Shown here in pieces: positions 9,521-19,798 of a DNA stretch of 64,000 bases. Location of the stretch: positions 2,592,001-2,656,000 of the forward strand of contig OZ240248.1 of NCBI GenBank assembly GCA_965198235.1, read 5' to 3'. The stretch's first letter is position 1. Each line of letters begins with the position of its first letter. Under the pieces are notes generated by a model. The model did no database searches, was not told where the DNA came from, and saw nothing but the letters and a program-made list of their open reading frames with translations. This stretch comes from Candidatus Poribacteria bacterium (GTDB lineage: Bacteria > Poribacteria > WGA-4E > WGA-3G). Made by a program: the position numbers and the translations under genes.

Positions 9521-10426
9521 ATGGCGATCTTTGATACTGTTACCAAAACGCAAGCACAGACACACCCCATGGACTTCGTCAATTACTGCTTAAATTTCGA
9601 GCAAGACGATGTCACTTTTGTTGAACTGATCGTACCTGAACAACCCACAGTTGAAATGCACCAGGCAGATATGGTCATCAAAGTGGAACTCAACGGTAAA
9701 GAGGTACTGGTACATTTCGAGTTTCAAACCACCGACAGTTATGACCCTGAAATGTCACTGAGGATGGCAGGTTATATCATTCGGCTTATTGAGACCTATC
9801 GGTTGCCAGTGTATTCAAGTGTCATCTATCTTCGACCAGACGCAGGTCGGCGGGATCGTGGAGCTTACGAGCAAAATATAGCGGGCCATCAGATTTTCGT
9901 TGAGTATCAAGTGATCCGGCTGATTGAAATGGAGGGCGATCAGGTTCTTGATACAAAGCCGACGGGTTTACTCCCGTTTACACCGCTGATGAAACGACCC
10001 GCGGGTGTAGATGCTGAGCAATGGCTGCGCCGTTGTGTTCGGACAGCGGATAACGTTGAGGTCCCGAACAAGGCAGCCTATCTCGGAGCGTTGGCGATTT
10101 TGGGCAATTTAGTGTATGAATCGGAACTGATCTCAAATATTATTCAGGAGGAAACCATGCAGCAACCCAATATTATTGAATACTGGACAGAGAAAGCCAC
10201 AGCAGAAGCACATCAACAAGGACTTCAACAGGGGTTAAAAGAACGCGCACTTGAAGACATCCTTGAAGTACTAGAGCTCCGATTGCAGCCCGATGCAGCG
10301 CGTACCTTCAAGCCTGTATTAGAAGCAATTGATGACTCCCAACGTCTTAAGCAGTTGCATCGCGCCGCGCTCTTAGCAGAAAGCGCGGAGGACTTCCGAC
10401 AGGCTTTAGAGGCAAACGGAGAGTGA
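9521..10426 (+). CDS. Rpn/YhgA-like PD-(D/E)XK nuclease (putative transposase family)
   Basis: ADMVI..VHFEFQ, RMAGY, PVYSSVIYLR and C-terminal QQGLQQG..AIDD..LKQLHRAA tail. Confidence 0.85.
   Translation: MAIFDTVTKTQAQTHPMDFVNYCLNFEQDDVTFVELIVPEQPTVEMHQADMVIKVELNGKEVLVHFEFQTTDSYDPEMSLRMAGYIIRLIETYRLPVYSSVIYLRPDAGRRDRGAYEQNIAGHQIFVEYQVIRLIEMEGDQVLDTKPTGLLPFTPLMKRPAGVDAEQWLRRCVRTADNVEVPNKAAYLGALAILGNLVYESELISNIIQEETMQQPNIIEYWTEKATAEAHQQGLQQGLKERALEDILEVLELRLQPDAARTFKPVLEAIDDSQRLKQLHRAALLAESAEDFRQALEANGE
10157..10426 (+). CDS. Putative intragenic small protein (RpnS-like antitoxin), in frame with Rpn
   Basis: AGGAGG at 10146-10151, 5-nt spacer, in-frame ATG (Met213). Confidence 0.6.
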   Translation: MQQPNIIEYWTEKATAEAHQQGLQQGLKERALEDILEVLELRLQPDAARTFKPVLEAIDDSQRLKQLHRAALLAESAEDFRQALEANGE

Positions 10427-10447
10427 ACCTTGCTTCGGCTCAGTGGG

Positions 10448-10471
10448 ATAGGTGCGGTTTCTAACTGCATC
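10448..10471 (+). repeat. REP-like palindrome, related to 43952-43976
   Basis: ATAGGTGCGGTTTCTAACTGCATC versus GTAGGTGCGGTTTCCCAACCGCACC. Confidence 0.55.
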
Positions 10472-10567
10472 CTGCTCATTCCCCAGCCTCAGTAACTGCG
10501 ATTTTCATCCTCTGCCAGACAGTAGATCAAAGGTAAGCACTCAGAAACCGACAACAGAAAGACTTAT

Positions 10568-12940
10568 ATGAATCAACTTTTTAATTTATTGCTTCCGTGG
10601 CCATGGCGCGCCTTCAATCCTATTACTGACACTTTTGTTTACGGTATCTTTCTATCTTTTATCATCTGTTTGGTATTTCTCCTTGTGAAAACTATTCGCC
10701 GCGCCCGTTTAATTGGTAGTTTAACCAAGAAAGTAAGTGAGTACGGGAAATCTGTTAAACCGGATATTCTACATGAATTAAAAGAAGCATTTGATTGCAA
10801 CAGTGAACTTGCTGAAGTCTGGCAGGGGTTTGCGGACTCACTCATTACGCGCCAACGTGGTGAAAATCAAGAAAAAATAGTATACAAGACAGATGAAGCC
10901 TCGCTTTTCTTCAGCGAAGAACGCATATTAGAGCAATATCTAAACCTCCGACTGTGGAACAGTGTACCGGCTTTGTTAGTTGGGATCGGGATTCTTGGCA
11001 CCTTTGTCGGATTGGTTTGGGGATTGATTCCTTTTTCCGGAATTAACTTCGCTCAGACTATCGAGATTCAGGAAGCCATTAAGAAACTTTTACCAGGCGT
11101 GTCAACTGCGTTTGTGACCTCCGTTTGGGGAATGCTAGCTTCGATCGTGTTCAACTTTGTAGAGAAGCTAGGTATTGGCAGCGTCAGTAAAACAATTGCA
11201 ACCCTACAACGCGCACTTGATAAGTTATTCACACTGACAACACAAGAGGAAATCTCGTTTAGACAGGAAGAGGAACTTGCACAACAAACCCAGGCACTTA
11301 AATCATTCTCAACAGACTTAGCAGACAAAATTAAAATTGCGATGGACAATATTATGTCCGAATCACGCGATCAGAGAGCACAGGATAGTCAAGAAATTGT
11401 TCAGGAACTGCACAAGGTACCTGATGCCATCAGTGGTGCGCTGGCGGAAAGATTAGCTCCGAATCTCAATAATCTGAATACGATTGTTAAAAACATTCAA
11501 GATATGACAGCACAGAGCAGACAAGAGGTTGTTCAAGAACTACACAAAGTTCCTGATGCTATCAGCAGTGCAATGGGAAAAAAGTTGATTCCCAATCTCA
11601 ACAATCTGAATACTGTAGTCGAAGAATTGCAGAATCAATCCGAAAAATTAGATATTTTGGGTCAAAGTTTGATGGAGTCGCGCGCCCAAAGCGCGCAGAA
11701 TAGCCAAGAGATTGTTCAAGAACTCCGCAATGCTCCCGATGCCATCAGTAATGCGATGGAACCCAGCTTTAATCGCTTGAACACGGCGGTTGAAAACCTC
11801 GATACTACTGTAACGCAATCGAAAAGCGATATTCAAAATGAAATGGTGCAGGGAAGAGAAGTGATGCTTCGCCAACTTCACGATGCTGGCTATGCCCTCA
11901 GCAATGTGATAACAGAAGAGTTGATTCCACGTCTCAATAATCTGATCACAATTATTAGTGATATTCAAAGTGTGGCAGAACAAGGTAGACAAGAAGTTGC
12001 TCAGGAACTTCATAAGTTGGGTTTGTCAATGACAGAAATAGAAACTCTCGCGGGAACAGTTGATAAGGTGAGCGAAAACTTCATCAACGTACCTGAGCAT
12101 GTGGCACAGATCTCTGACAATGTCCAGGAACTGGTGAAATCGGCGGTCAATCAGACTGATGAGCAGTTCAACCAGAGGTTAGCTGATATGGATGCCTTTT
12201 TTCTCCGAGCTGCCCAAACGCTTCAAGATGTTCAGCAAAGTGCCGGTACGCTTTTACAGTTACAGAACGAGCAAATCGAAGCTATTAATAACCAACTTTC
12301 TAACTCACAGGCAACACTCGCAAGCGGACGGGACATGTTGCAGGAGATGAACAAAAGCATAACAAGCATCCGCCAAATTATTGAGAGAATGCAAATTGTA
12401 TCAGGGCGGTTAACAGTAGGAGCAGAAAAAATTGAGAGTGCAGGACAGCAGCTGAACCGAGCAGGAGTAATGTTTAGTGAAGGGAACCAAAATTCTCTCG
12501 CGGTGATTCGTGAAACGGCACATCAGATTCAAAACGCGCTTGCCCAATCACGACCATTACTTGATAACTTCACGGAAGGGTTCCAAATGATCTCTAACAG
12601 ATTGAACCGGAACTTTCAAAGTTTCCAAACAATTGATGAGGGATTGAATGGAATCTTTGCGGAAATTGAGAGAGGTTTGAATACTTATGCCGATACCACT
12701 CGCGAATCTATCAACGAGTATCTTAGGGACTTCTCTGAACAATTAACTCAGGCATCAACAGCACTTGCTAGGAATGTTGAAACTCTGAGAGAAAGTGTTG
12801 AGGGATTAACCGAGATGAATGAGAATCAGTTGACGAGTGCAGCAAAAACCCTCGCTGACAGTGTTGAAGTTCTCAAGGAAAGCGTAGGGCAACTGAACGA
12901 AATAAACAAGCATCCGGCACATACGGTAGGGAACAGATAA
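10568..12940 (+). CDS. zorA: Zorya protein ZorA (MotA-like TM region plus long helical tail)
   Basis: VPALLVGIGILGTFVGL and STAFVTSVWG TM motifs, long coiled-coil tail, coupled to an OmpA-domain gene. Confidence 0.88.
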   Translation: MNQLFNLLLPWPWRAFNPITDTFVYGIFLSFIICLVFLLVKTIRRARLIGSLTKKVSEYGKSVKPDILHELKEAFDCNSELAEVWQGFADSLITRQRGENQEKIVYKTDEASLFFSEERILEQYLNLRLWNSVPALLVGIGILGTFVGLVWGLIPFSGINFAQTIEIQEAIKKLLPGVSTAFVTSVWGMLASIVFNFVEKLGIGSVSKTIATLQRALDKLFTLTTQEEISFRQEEELAQQTQALKSFSTDLADKIKIAMDNIMSESRDQRAQDSQEIVQELHKVPDAISGALAERLAPNLNNLNTIVKNIQDMTAQSRQEVVQELHKVPDAISSAMGKKLIPNLNNLNTVVEELQNQSEKLDILGQSLMESRAQSAQNSQEIVQELRNAPDAISNAMEPSFNRLNTAVENLDTTVTQSKSDIQNEMVQGREVMLRQLHDAGYALSNVITEELIPRLNNLITIISDIQSVAEQGRQEVAQELHKLGLSMTEIETLAGTVDKVSENFINVPEHVAQISDNVQELVKSAVNQTDEQFNQRLADMDAFFLRAAQTLQDVQQSAGTLLQLQNEQIEAINNQLSNSQATLASGRDMLQEMNKSITSIRQIIERMQIVSGRLTVGAEKIESAGQQLNRAGVMFSEGNQNSLAVIRETAHQIQNALAQSRPLLDNFTEGFQMISNRLNRNFQSFQTIDEGLNGIFAEIERGLNTYADTTRESINEYLRDFSEQLTQASTALARNVETLRESVEGLTEMNENQLTSAAKTLADSVEVLKESVGQLNEINKHPAHTVGNR

Positions 12941-13725
12941 TGCAAAGGCTACATCGAAAATCCAAAACGCTTGCCGATGAAAATCCGTTCAGTCTCTCGT
13001 TGGGTGACTTGATGGCGGGGTTACTGCTGATCTTTGTACTCCTGTTTTCTTTCGTTATGTTGCGCCTTGAAAACTTGATGGAGGACAGGCGGAACGACTT
13101 AGAGCAACTTGACGAAAGAGAGCAAATTAAGAGGCTCCTTATCAGCCGCCTCCTTAAAGAACTCGCAGACTTTGATGTTGAAGTTGACCCTGACACCGGA
13201 GTAATCCGCATCAAGGAGGGTATCCTGTTTGATTCTGATAAAGACGAACTCAAGCAGGACGGCAAGGAATTCCTGCGTCTGTTTATTCCGAAATACGTAG
13301 GGGTTTTACTCACTAACCCTGATGTAAGTGAACATATTGCGCAAGTGATTGTTGAAGGACACACGGATAACGTCGGCAGTTGGGATCACAATCTCGACCT
13401 GAGTCTACGTCGGGCAAATAGTGTCGCTGTGTATCTATTTACGGAAGAGTTTGGCACATTCCGTTATGCCGAGAATTTGAAAAAATTACTTTCCGCGAAC
13501 GGACGGAGTTTTGCTCAACCGATTCTGCCTGATGGCGTTGAGCCGGAGTGGAAACATAACAGTGCACAAACTCTTAGAGTGTGGATAGAAAAATATAATG
13601 ATACTGGAGAAGAGCGTGCGCAAAACCGTCGCGTTGAATTTCAATTTCGGTTAAGGGATTGGGACCTGGTCTCGCCTAAAGTAGAAAAATTATTCGAGGT
13701 AGAAACTGGGTTGTCTATTCGCTAA
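12940..13725 (+). CDS. zorB: Zorya protein ZorB (MotB/OmpA-like)
   Basis: SLGDLMAGLL TM with conserved Asp; EGHTD, NLDLSLRRANSV, NRRVEF. Confidence 0.9.
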   Translation: MQRLHRKSKTLADENPFSLSLGDLMAGLLLIFVLLFSFVMLRLENLMEDRRNDLEQLDEREQIKRLLISRLLKELADFDVEVDPDTGVIRIKEGILFDSDKDELKQDGKEFLRLFIPKYVGVLLTNPDVSEHIAQVIVEGHTDNVGSWDHNLDLSLRRANSVAVYLFTEEFGTFRYAENLKKLLSANGRSFAQPILPDGVEPEWKHNSAQTLRVWIEKYNDTGEERAQNRRVEFQFRLRDWDLVSPKVEKLFEVETGLSIR

Positions 13726-13737
13726 AAAGGAGTCAAT

Positions 13738-15108
13738 ATGGAATCCGCCAAAAAGTTACTTGGATTTGACTTTGATGCCTCCGCGTTCGCTCATCGTGCA
13801 CTACAGCCAATGAAAATCAGGCAAGACATAAGGGATATTCTAAAAAAAATTGTAGATGAGTACGATGATAAAAGCGATTTACCAGATCAGGAAAGTTTTC
13901 GCCAGATTTACTTCCGTTTCATTGACAGTCCTCCCGGGAAACTCCCCACAGAATTTGATACATCATCACGGATCCGAAAACTCAGTCGAGTGTTGACCTA
14001 TTCTGAATCTGAACTCCCTAGGATTATAGATACACAGCTACTCAAGAATGCTCTTCAGTTAATTGAGCACCGTTTTAGCCTCATAGCCCTGCTTAGTGTT
14101 TTCGATGCGTTGTTGCAAGCCTGGGACTCATCGAATGCACGGATGCTACAAGCGTTCATCAAAAAGCATCTGATCGATTACGACGGACCCCGGAAATCGG
14201 TTCTGAGGCTGAAAGCAAATATGGAATTGTATTGTAAGCAGAACGGTCCGACGCACCTCGCGATAAAGTTGTTGCGTTCGCAAGTAAAACTGTCGGATGT
14301 TTGGTCCTATCTTGAATTGCCAGACTGTACACATAGTTATTGTTATTTTGGTGCTGTCGCGGAAGCATTTGTGACAAATAACATACATTTCAAACAAGCA
14401 GATATGATAGAAGTGGTGAAAGATATTGTCAGCTTCTTCATAAAACATAACAGCGAAAAGACAAGTCGTGCTGTTTTGCCGAAACTCATCAGGCAACTTG
14501 GGCGTACTGCCCCTGAGAATTTGCGGCAACCTATTCAGGACTATGTGCTCCAAGAGTGGCAAGACCCCAGAATTGCTGGTGCCAATATGCGTTGGTATGG
14601 TATACCTGATGAAACGTGGCGGATTTTTATGCAATGGATTATGAAAGAGGACTTGTGCTTCTTCTACGATGTGGTCCTTAAAAGAAGTGAAAAAAGAGAT
14701 TTTTGGTTGCGATATTTCGGAAAGATTTCTTCCTGCCGTGTTGTGTTAGGTGGAAATGCTGAAAGGCTGTTTGGAAACGCCTCATATTACCAAAAACAGA
14801 AAGGGAGCATGGCGAAACTAAAAGACAGTGATCGTAATCAGCACGCTTTTATTATTAAGATGGGCAACCAGACTTTTATTGAGCGTAGTACGGCCGATGT
14901 TTGTTATGTTTATAACAACGCTGACTTTCCTCTTGATTTGAGTGAATCGGAGTATTATATCCAAGAATTAGCCGATAAGTCGCGAGCTAAAGATTGCGTG
15001 ATTTATAAAAAATCAGCGAATATTAATTGGCGAGTAAAACTGGATTCCTTGATAGCAGGTGAAGCTGGAATTGACTTGTTGCCAGAAAGCCAGTTAGGAA
15101 GGTGGTAA
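13738..15108 (+). CDS. zorC: Zorya protein ZorC (EH-signature-like)
   Basis: Position between zorB and helicase; WQDPR..RW, RDFWLRY, HAFIIKMG..FIE motifs. Confidence 0.78.
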   Translation: MESAKKLLGFDFDASAFAHRALQPMKIRQDIRDILKKIVDEYDDKSDLPDQESFRQIYFRFIDSPPGKLPTEFDTSSRIRKLSRVLTYSESELPRIIDTQLLKNALQLIEHRFSLIALLSVFDALLQAWDSSNARMLQAFIKKHLIDYDGPRKSVLRLKANMELYCKQNGPTHLAIKLLRSQVKLSDVWSYLELPDCTHSYCYFGAVAEAFVTNNIHFKQADMIEVVKDIVSFFIKHNSEKTSRAVLPKLIRQLGRTAPENLRQPIQDYVLQEWQDPRIAGANMRWYGIPDETWRIFMQWIMKEDLCFFYDVVLKRSEKRDFWLRYFGKISSCRVVLGGNAERLFGNASYYQKQKGSMAKLKDSDRNQHAFIIKMGNQTFIERSTADVCYVYNNADFPLDLSESEYYIQELADKSRAKDCVIYKKSANINWRVKLDSLIAGEAGIDLLPESQLGRW

Positions 15109-18100
15109 CTGTGCTAAACCTATTCCGAAAAAACAAACCAGAACCCCCACAATTCAGTTGGCAGGAAACACCGACTGGTATTCAGTTTACCGCGCCATCG
15201 GGTGACCTTTCCCCAATTAAATATGCTAACACCTTGCCACCAGGTGCTTACCAAGCACAGGCACAATGGCTGCTGCTTAAGGAGTTGCTTGATAACGGTC
15301 AAGCAGAAGCGTTAGACATCGCGATTCATATTCCATTTGAAGAAGTGTGTCGTCTTGACCTCGTTGAACAGGAAGTGCTCGGCCTACCACAACCGTATCC
15401 ATTTGATCTTGAAGTTCGATCGAATGGAACTTTCAATCAGCCAGAGTTTCGCTACAATTATCAATTCTTAAAACCTGATGGAAAGCCTTTGCATCCAACA
15501 CGAATCGGTTGTGTGTTGCGTTTGACGCAGGAGTGGGCATACCTGTTAACGCGAGAGCAGTTCATCTTCTTGGAAGAATTGGACGCGTTCAACGCGCGAG
15601 ATGCCGCAGACAAAGATTATCAGGGAAATCTGATCGACTTCGCAAAAATTAAGGGGCTTGCCAAAGACACGCGGGCGACGCTGGATAGTTACCTGAACAA
15701 AGAGGAAGTCGTTGCACCGAAAACTGTCCGCTTGCGTCTACGTGAATCCGGCGATAGTGTTGAAATAATCCCTGACGCGGCTGACATCGACAGTAAACAA
15801 TTTAAAGAGGTGTTTGATAAATTTCCAGTTCCGCAAACCACCTACAATCTCCCCCAACCCGACGGTGGACGAACCCGCCTCCTCTTTCAAGAAAAGCAGA
15901 AGGAAGCTTTGCAAACCTTTAAGCACTATCGACGCGTTTCTCGTGAGCAACTCGCGGAGATTGCGGAACAACCGCAGGCATACTTTGACGCGGAAACTGT
16001 TGAACTCGACGCGACAGATGAAACGCCATCCTTTAGCGAGCGGGTCCGTGAAATCGGTATCTACCAGCCGAGGGTCTATCCGTTTGTGTCCCCTTACAAA
16101 AGTGAGTGGATTCCCGGTATTTTGGTTGAAGATGAATCAGGAACGCGGACAAAGTTGCAGATTAAAACCAATGAAGAATTTACAGAGTTGAAGCGGACGA
16201 TTCATGAGGCAAAGCGGACAGGCCAAAAACAGGTTAAATGGAAAGGGCAAGAACTTCTCGTTCCTGATGTTGAAAAACATCTTCCATTCATCGAAAAACA
16301 GCTCAAGCACCGCAAGAAACCTTCGCGCCCCGAAGTAGAAAAATCAGAGACTACGGTCTTAATTATTGAGGAAAACATTGAAGAGACTGATTATGTTGGA
16401 AAAACGTCCAGTTTACAAGTTGAAGAACCATTTCGGCATCTCTTAGAACCTACACCAAATCTGAAGCAGGAAGTTAAACTCCTACCACATCAAGAGGAGG
16501 GGCTTGCATGGGCACAGCAGCTTTGGGAAAAACGGTATCTCGGCGGCTTGCTCGCAGACGACATGGGACTTGGCAAAACACTACAAGTGCTCTGTTTTCT
16601 GGAGTGGCATCATGCAGAATATCGCCTGCGAGAACCACAGCGGAAACCGTACCTCATTGTTGCCCCGATTGTCCTCTTAGAAAATTGGGCGGCGGAATAT
16701 CCGAAGTTTTTTGACAAAGGTGCGTTGGATTTCATAACACTATACGGAAAGGAGTTGCAAAACTTCAAGTGTGATCCATCCGATGTAGTCAACCTTCAAG
16801 TTCCAGAGATTGAGGGCGCGGAAAAGCTCCAAGAATTACGCAAACGCCGCGGCGCGCTTGATGTCAAACGTCTCCTAAATGCTGATGTCCTGCTAACTAC
16901 TTATGAGACCGTTCGCGACTTCCAATTAGATTTAGGCTTGATTCCATGGGCAACGGTTGTTATTGATGAAGCGCAGCGCATCAAGACACCGGGCACACTC
17001 GTCACAAACGCCTTGAAAGCCCTCAAGACCGATTTTCGTCTCGCGATGACGGGAACGCCTGTCGAAAACTCATTAATGGATTTGTGGTGTATTACCGATT
17101 TTGTAGCACCGGGCTATCTTGACAGCGCGAAAAATTTCAATACTGAATTTTGCCTGCCTCTCAAAAAACCTGAAACTGACATTCATGTACTTGGTGATCG
17201 GATTCGCCAACGCATAGGCGTTCACCTCAAGAGGCGACTGAAGACCGACATTCTTGAGGACCTACCGGAAAAACAGATTCACGTCGGAAATTGTCAACAA
17301 CAGATGCCGCCCGCGCAGATAGAACGTTATCAAGACGTCCTTCAATCCACACAGCAGAGCGGATCAGGCGGACCGCAACCACGCAATCAGATATTGCAAG
17401 TGCTACACCAGTTACGAGACATATCAGATCATCCGTTGTTAGCCGGTTCGCAATGGGAGCGAATTGCTACTGCTGAATTAATCGAACAATCGGCGAAGCT
17501 GACAGTGACGGTGCAATTGCTCGAAGATATTCGCACTGCTAACGAAAAGGTCATTTTGTTTGCTGAACGCCGGAAGACACAGCATCTTTTAGCACACGTC
17601 ATTCGCGAACACTTCGGGTTGAAGGGTGTCTATATCGTCAATGGTGATACCCCTGGAAGCACACAGCGAGCAAGTTCAATGAAAATGAGTCGCCAACAAA
17701 GCGTAGAGCGTTTCCAAAACACTCCGGGTTTCAACGCTATCATCATGTCTCCACTCGCTGCGGGTGTAGGTCTCAACATTACCGAAGCAAACCATGTTAT
17801 TCACTATAGCCGTTGGTGGAATCCCGCCAAAGAAGATCAGGCAAGTGACAGGGTTTATCGTATCGGACAGAAGCGACCTGTGCATATCTATTTGCCAATG
17901 GCGACCCATCCTGAGTTCCAAACGTTTGACGTTATTCTGCACGAACTTCTTGAGCGAAAACGCCGACTTTCACAAGGGACTCTCTTCCCGACCGAGCAAG
18001 CCGAAGTAACCCCTAAAGAGATTCTTGATAAACTGCAGCCAATACCTGTTAATAATGAAAGGAGTTCACCGTTAACAATAGAAGACATTGACAAGCTTGA

Positions 18101-18503
18101 ACCGAGATTCTTTGAGGCTTTTGTTGCTGCCCTTTTTGATAAGCAAGGATATTATGTTGTATTAACCCCCTATTCGGGGGACAAGGGCGCAGATGTCGTT
18201 GCGCGTCAGCATGGAAGCGAACCAGATGGACTGTTGATACAGGCGAAGCATCGACAAGCAGGTGCGAAATCGGGCCGTCAGGCTACGGACGAGGTTTTAG
18301 CAGCGAGAACGTTTTATGAAAAAGAATATGGAGCGATTTTCCAACCCGCAGTCATTACAAACCGTGAGTTTAACAGATCGGCGCGTCGGTACAGCCGTTC
18401 CGAGAAGGTGGAAATGTACGAACGCAGATGGTTGATGCAAAATTTGAAACAATATCCTGTGACATGGCAGGATGTCAATAAAAGTCAGTTTCATACGAAT
18501 TGA
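15102..18503 (+). CDS. zorD: Zorya protein ZorD (SNF2 helicase plus Mrr-like nuclease)
   Basis: LADDMGLGKT, DEAQ, TGTPVEN, WNPAKEDQASDRVYRIGQ; C-terminal GDKGADV..IQAK. Confidence 0.88.
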   Translation: MVTVLNLFRKNKPEPPQFSWQETPTGIQFTAPSGDLSPIKYANTLPPGAYQAQAQWLLLKELLDNGQAEALDIAIHIPFEEVCRLDLVEQEVLGLPQPYPFDLEVRSNGTFNQPEFRYNYQFLKPDGKPLHPTRIGCVLRLTQEWAYLLTREQFIFLEELDAFNARDAADKDYQGNLIDFAKIKGLAKDTRATLDSYLNKEEVVAPKTVRLRLRESGDSVEIIPDAADIDSKQFKEVFDKFPVPQTTYNLPQPDGGRTRLLFQEKQKEALQTFKHYRRVSREQLAEIAEQPQAYFDAETVELDATDETPSFSERVREIGIYQPRVYPFVSPYKSEWIPGILVEDESGTRTKLQIKTNEEFTELKRTIHEAKRTGQKQVKWKGQELLVPDVEKHLPFIEKQLKHRKKPSRPEVEKSETTVLIIEENIEETDYVGKTSSLQVEEPFRHLLEPTPNLKQEVKLLPHQEEGLAWAQQLWEKRYLGGLLADDMGLGKTLQVLCFLEWHHAEYRLREPQRKPYLIVAPIVLLENWAAEYPKFFDKGALDFITLYGKELQNFKCDPSDVVNLQVPEIEGAEKLQELRKRRGALDVKRLLNADVLLTTYETVRDFQLDLGLIPWATVVIDEAQRIKTPGTLVTNALKALKTDFRLAMTGTPVENSLMDLWCITDFVAPGYLDSAKNFNTEFCLPLKKPETDIHVLGDRIRQRIGVHLKRRLKTDILEDLPEKQIHVGNCQQQMPPAQIERYQDVLQSTQQSGSGGPQPRNQILQVLHQLRDISDHPLLAGSQWERIATAELIEQSAKLTVTVQLLEDIRTANEKVILFAERRKTQHLLAHVIREHFGLKGVYIVNGDTPGSTQRASSMKMSRQQSVERFQNTPGFNAIIMSPLAAGVGLNITEANHVIHYSRWWNPAKEDQASDRVYRIGQKRPVHIYLPMATHPEFQTFDVILHELLERKRRLSQGTLFPTEQAEVTPKEILDKLQPIPVNNERSSPLTIEDIDKLEPRFFEAFVAALFDKQGYYVVLTPYSGDKGADVVARQHGSEPDGLLIQAKHRQAGAKSGRQATDEVLAARTFYEKEYGAIFQPAVITNREFNRSARRYSRSEKVEMYERRWLMQNLKQYPVTWQDVNKSQFHTN

Positions 18504-18511
18504 CGTTCATT

Positions 18512-19798
18512 TCACACATACTCCCGCAAATGCGCCAAAGTCCGATCCACCGCGCCGAGATTTTCCTCAATCAATTGCTTCCCGATGCTGCCTGCCGTTG
18601 TCCGCACCGCATCGTCCTTTAGCCACACCGTGGTCGCATCTGCCAATTGTTGCGCGGTATGAACCAGTTTCGCTCCACCCCGATCCACGAGGAGAGACGC
18701 TTCATACGCGTTCTGAATAGTCGGACCGAACAGGACAGGCTTCGCCATCGCAGCGGGTTCCATTACGTTGTGAACGCTTCCGCGAAAACTTCCCCCAACA
18801 AACGCAATATCTGCCAGTCCATATAACTTTGCAAGAAGCCCTATCCTATCAATGATGAGGATGTCCACTGCTGCTAAATCTATCCCGGAGGCAAGTTCAG
18901 AGAAGCAGAGATATGAAAGTTGCTGGCGGTTCAGAGCGGCACGGATCTCACTTATCCGTTCAGGTGTCGGTTCGTGTGGGACCAGAATCAAATGAGGAAA
19001 GTTGTCGCCTGTATTCTCACGCAGTAGTTGATATGCCGGCAACAGTACTTTCTCGTCTTCTGTATATGTACTGCCAGCGATGAGGATCGGACGTTTTAAG
19101 GTCGCTTGCCCGGGAAAAAATTCGGTGTCAGGCTCAACTGCTACTGCCCGTCGGTAAACCTGCTCATAGCGGGTATCGCCGGTGACAACGATTTCATGTG
19201 TTGGTGAGCAGAGCTCTTGAAAGCGCGCCGCATCTCCTTCGGAAATCGCACAGTGCACTCGGATGTGCCGATGCACACTCCGAAAAAACGGCTTCGAGAA
19301 ACGAGACAATCGTTTCGATTCAGCGTGCAGCGTTCCAGCGATAACAATGATCGGAATACCGTGTTTAGAAGTTTTCCAGACGAGGTTGGGCCAAATATCG
19401 AATTTGGAAAAAACTATCAAGGTAGGCTCGATGAGACGTATCAAGCGTTCCGCGTTGCGGGATGTATCCAACGGAAGGTAAACAGCCGCATCGGCGTAGG
19501 GGTAAGATCGTGCATTTGGTGCGACGGAAGGGGAAAAGAAAGTTAAAACAATTCGGGTCTCTGCATAAATCGCTTCGATAAGTGGTTTTGCTTGTTCAAA
19601 TTCGCCGACAGAAGTAAAGTGAAACCATGCTGTTTTCTCCAGATGTCGAGCGGTCTGGAGTTGGTCTACGAGTTCTGAAAACACTCGTTTCCGCCCATCA
19701 ATGCCCTCTTGGATTTTGGGATTGCAACATCCCGCGCCGTAAAAACCGACAAACATAATGGGGACAGCAAACAGGTTATAAACAAGTTGCCAAAACAT
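18512..19798 (-). CDS. waaA: Kdo transferase
   Basis: WFHFTSVGE, YLPLD, TGDTRYE, AGST, FVGGSF..HNVMEPA. Confidence 0.92.
   Translation of the reverse strand: MFWQLVYNLFAVPIMFVGFYGAGCCNPKIQEGIDGRKRVFSELVDQLQTARHLEKTAWFHFTSVGEFEQAKPLIEAIYAETRIVLTFFSPSVAPNARSYPYADAAVYLPLDTSRNAERLIRLIEPTLIVFSKFDIWPNLVWKTSKHGIPIIVIAGTLHAESKRLSRFSKPFFRSVHRHIRVHCAISEGDAARFQELCSPTHEIVVTGDTRYEQVYRRAVAVEPDTEFFPGQATLKRPILIAGSTYTEDEKVLLPAYQLLRENTGDNFPHLILVPHEPTPERISEIRAALNRQQLSYLCFSELASGIDLAAVDILIIDRIGLLAKLYGLADIAFVGGSFRGSVHNVMEPAAMAKPVLFGPTIQNAYEASLLVDRGGAKLVHTAQQLADATTVWLKDDAVRTTAGSIGKQLIEENLGAVDRTLAHLREYV

Noticed and set aside
10568-13725. Flagellar motAB or a chemotaxis receptor
   Set aside because: The long tail and the downstream EH-like and SNF2-Mrr genes match Zorya; there is no flagellar context.
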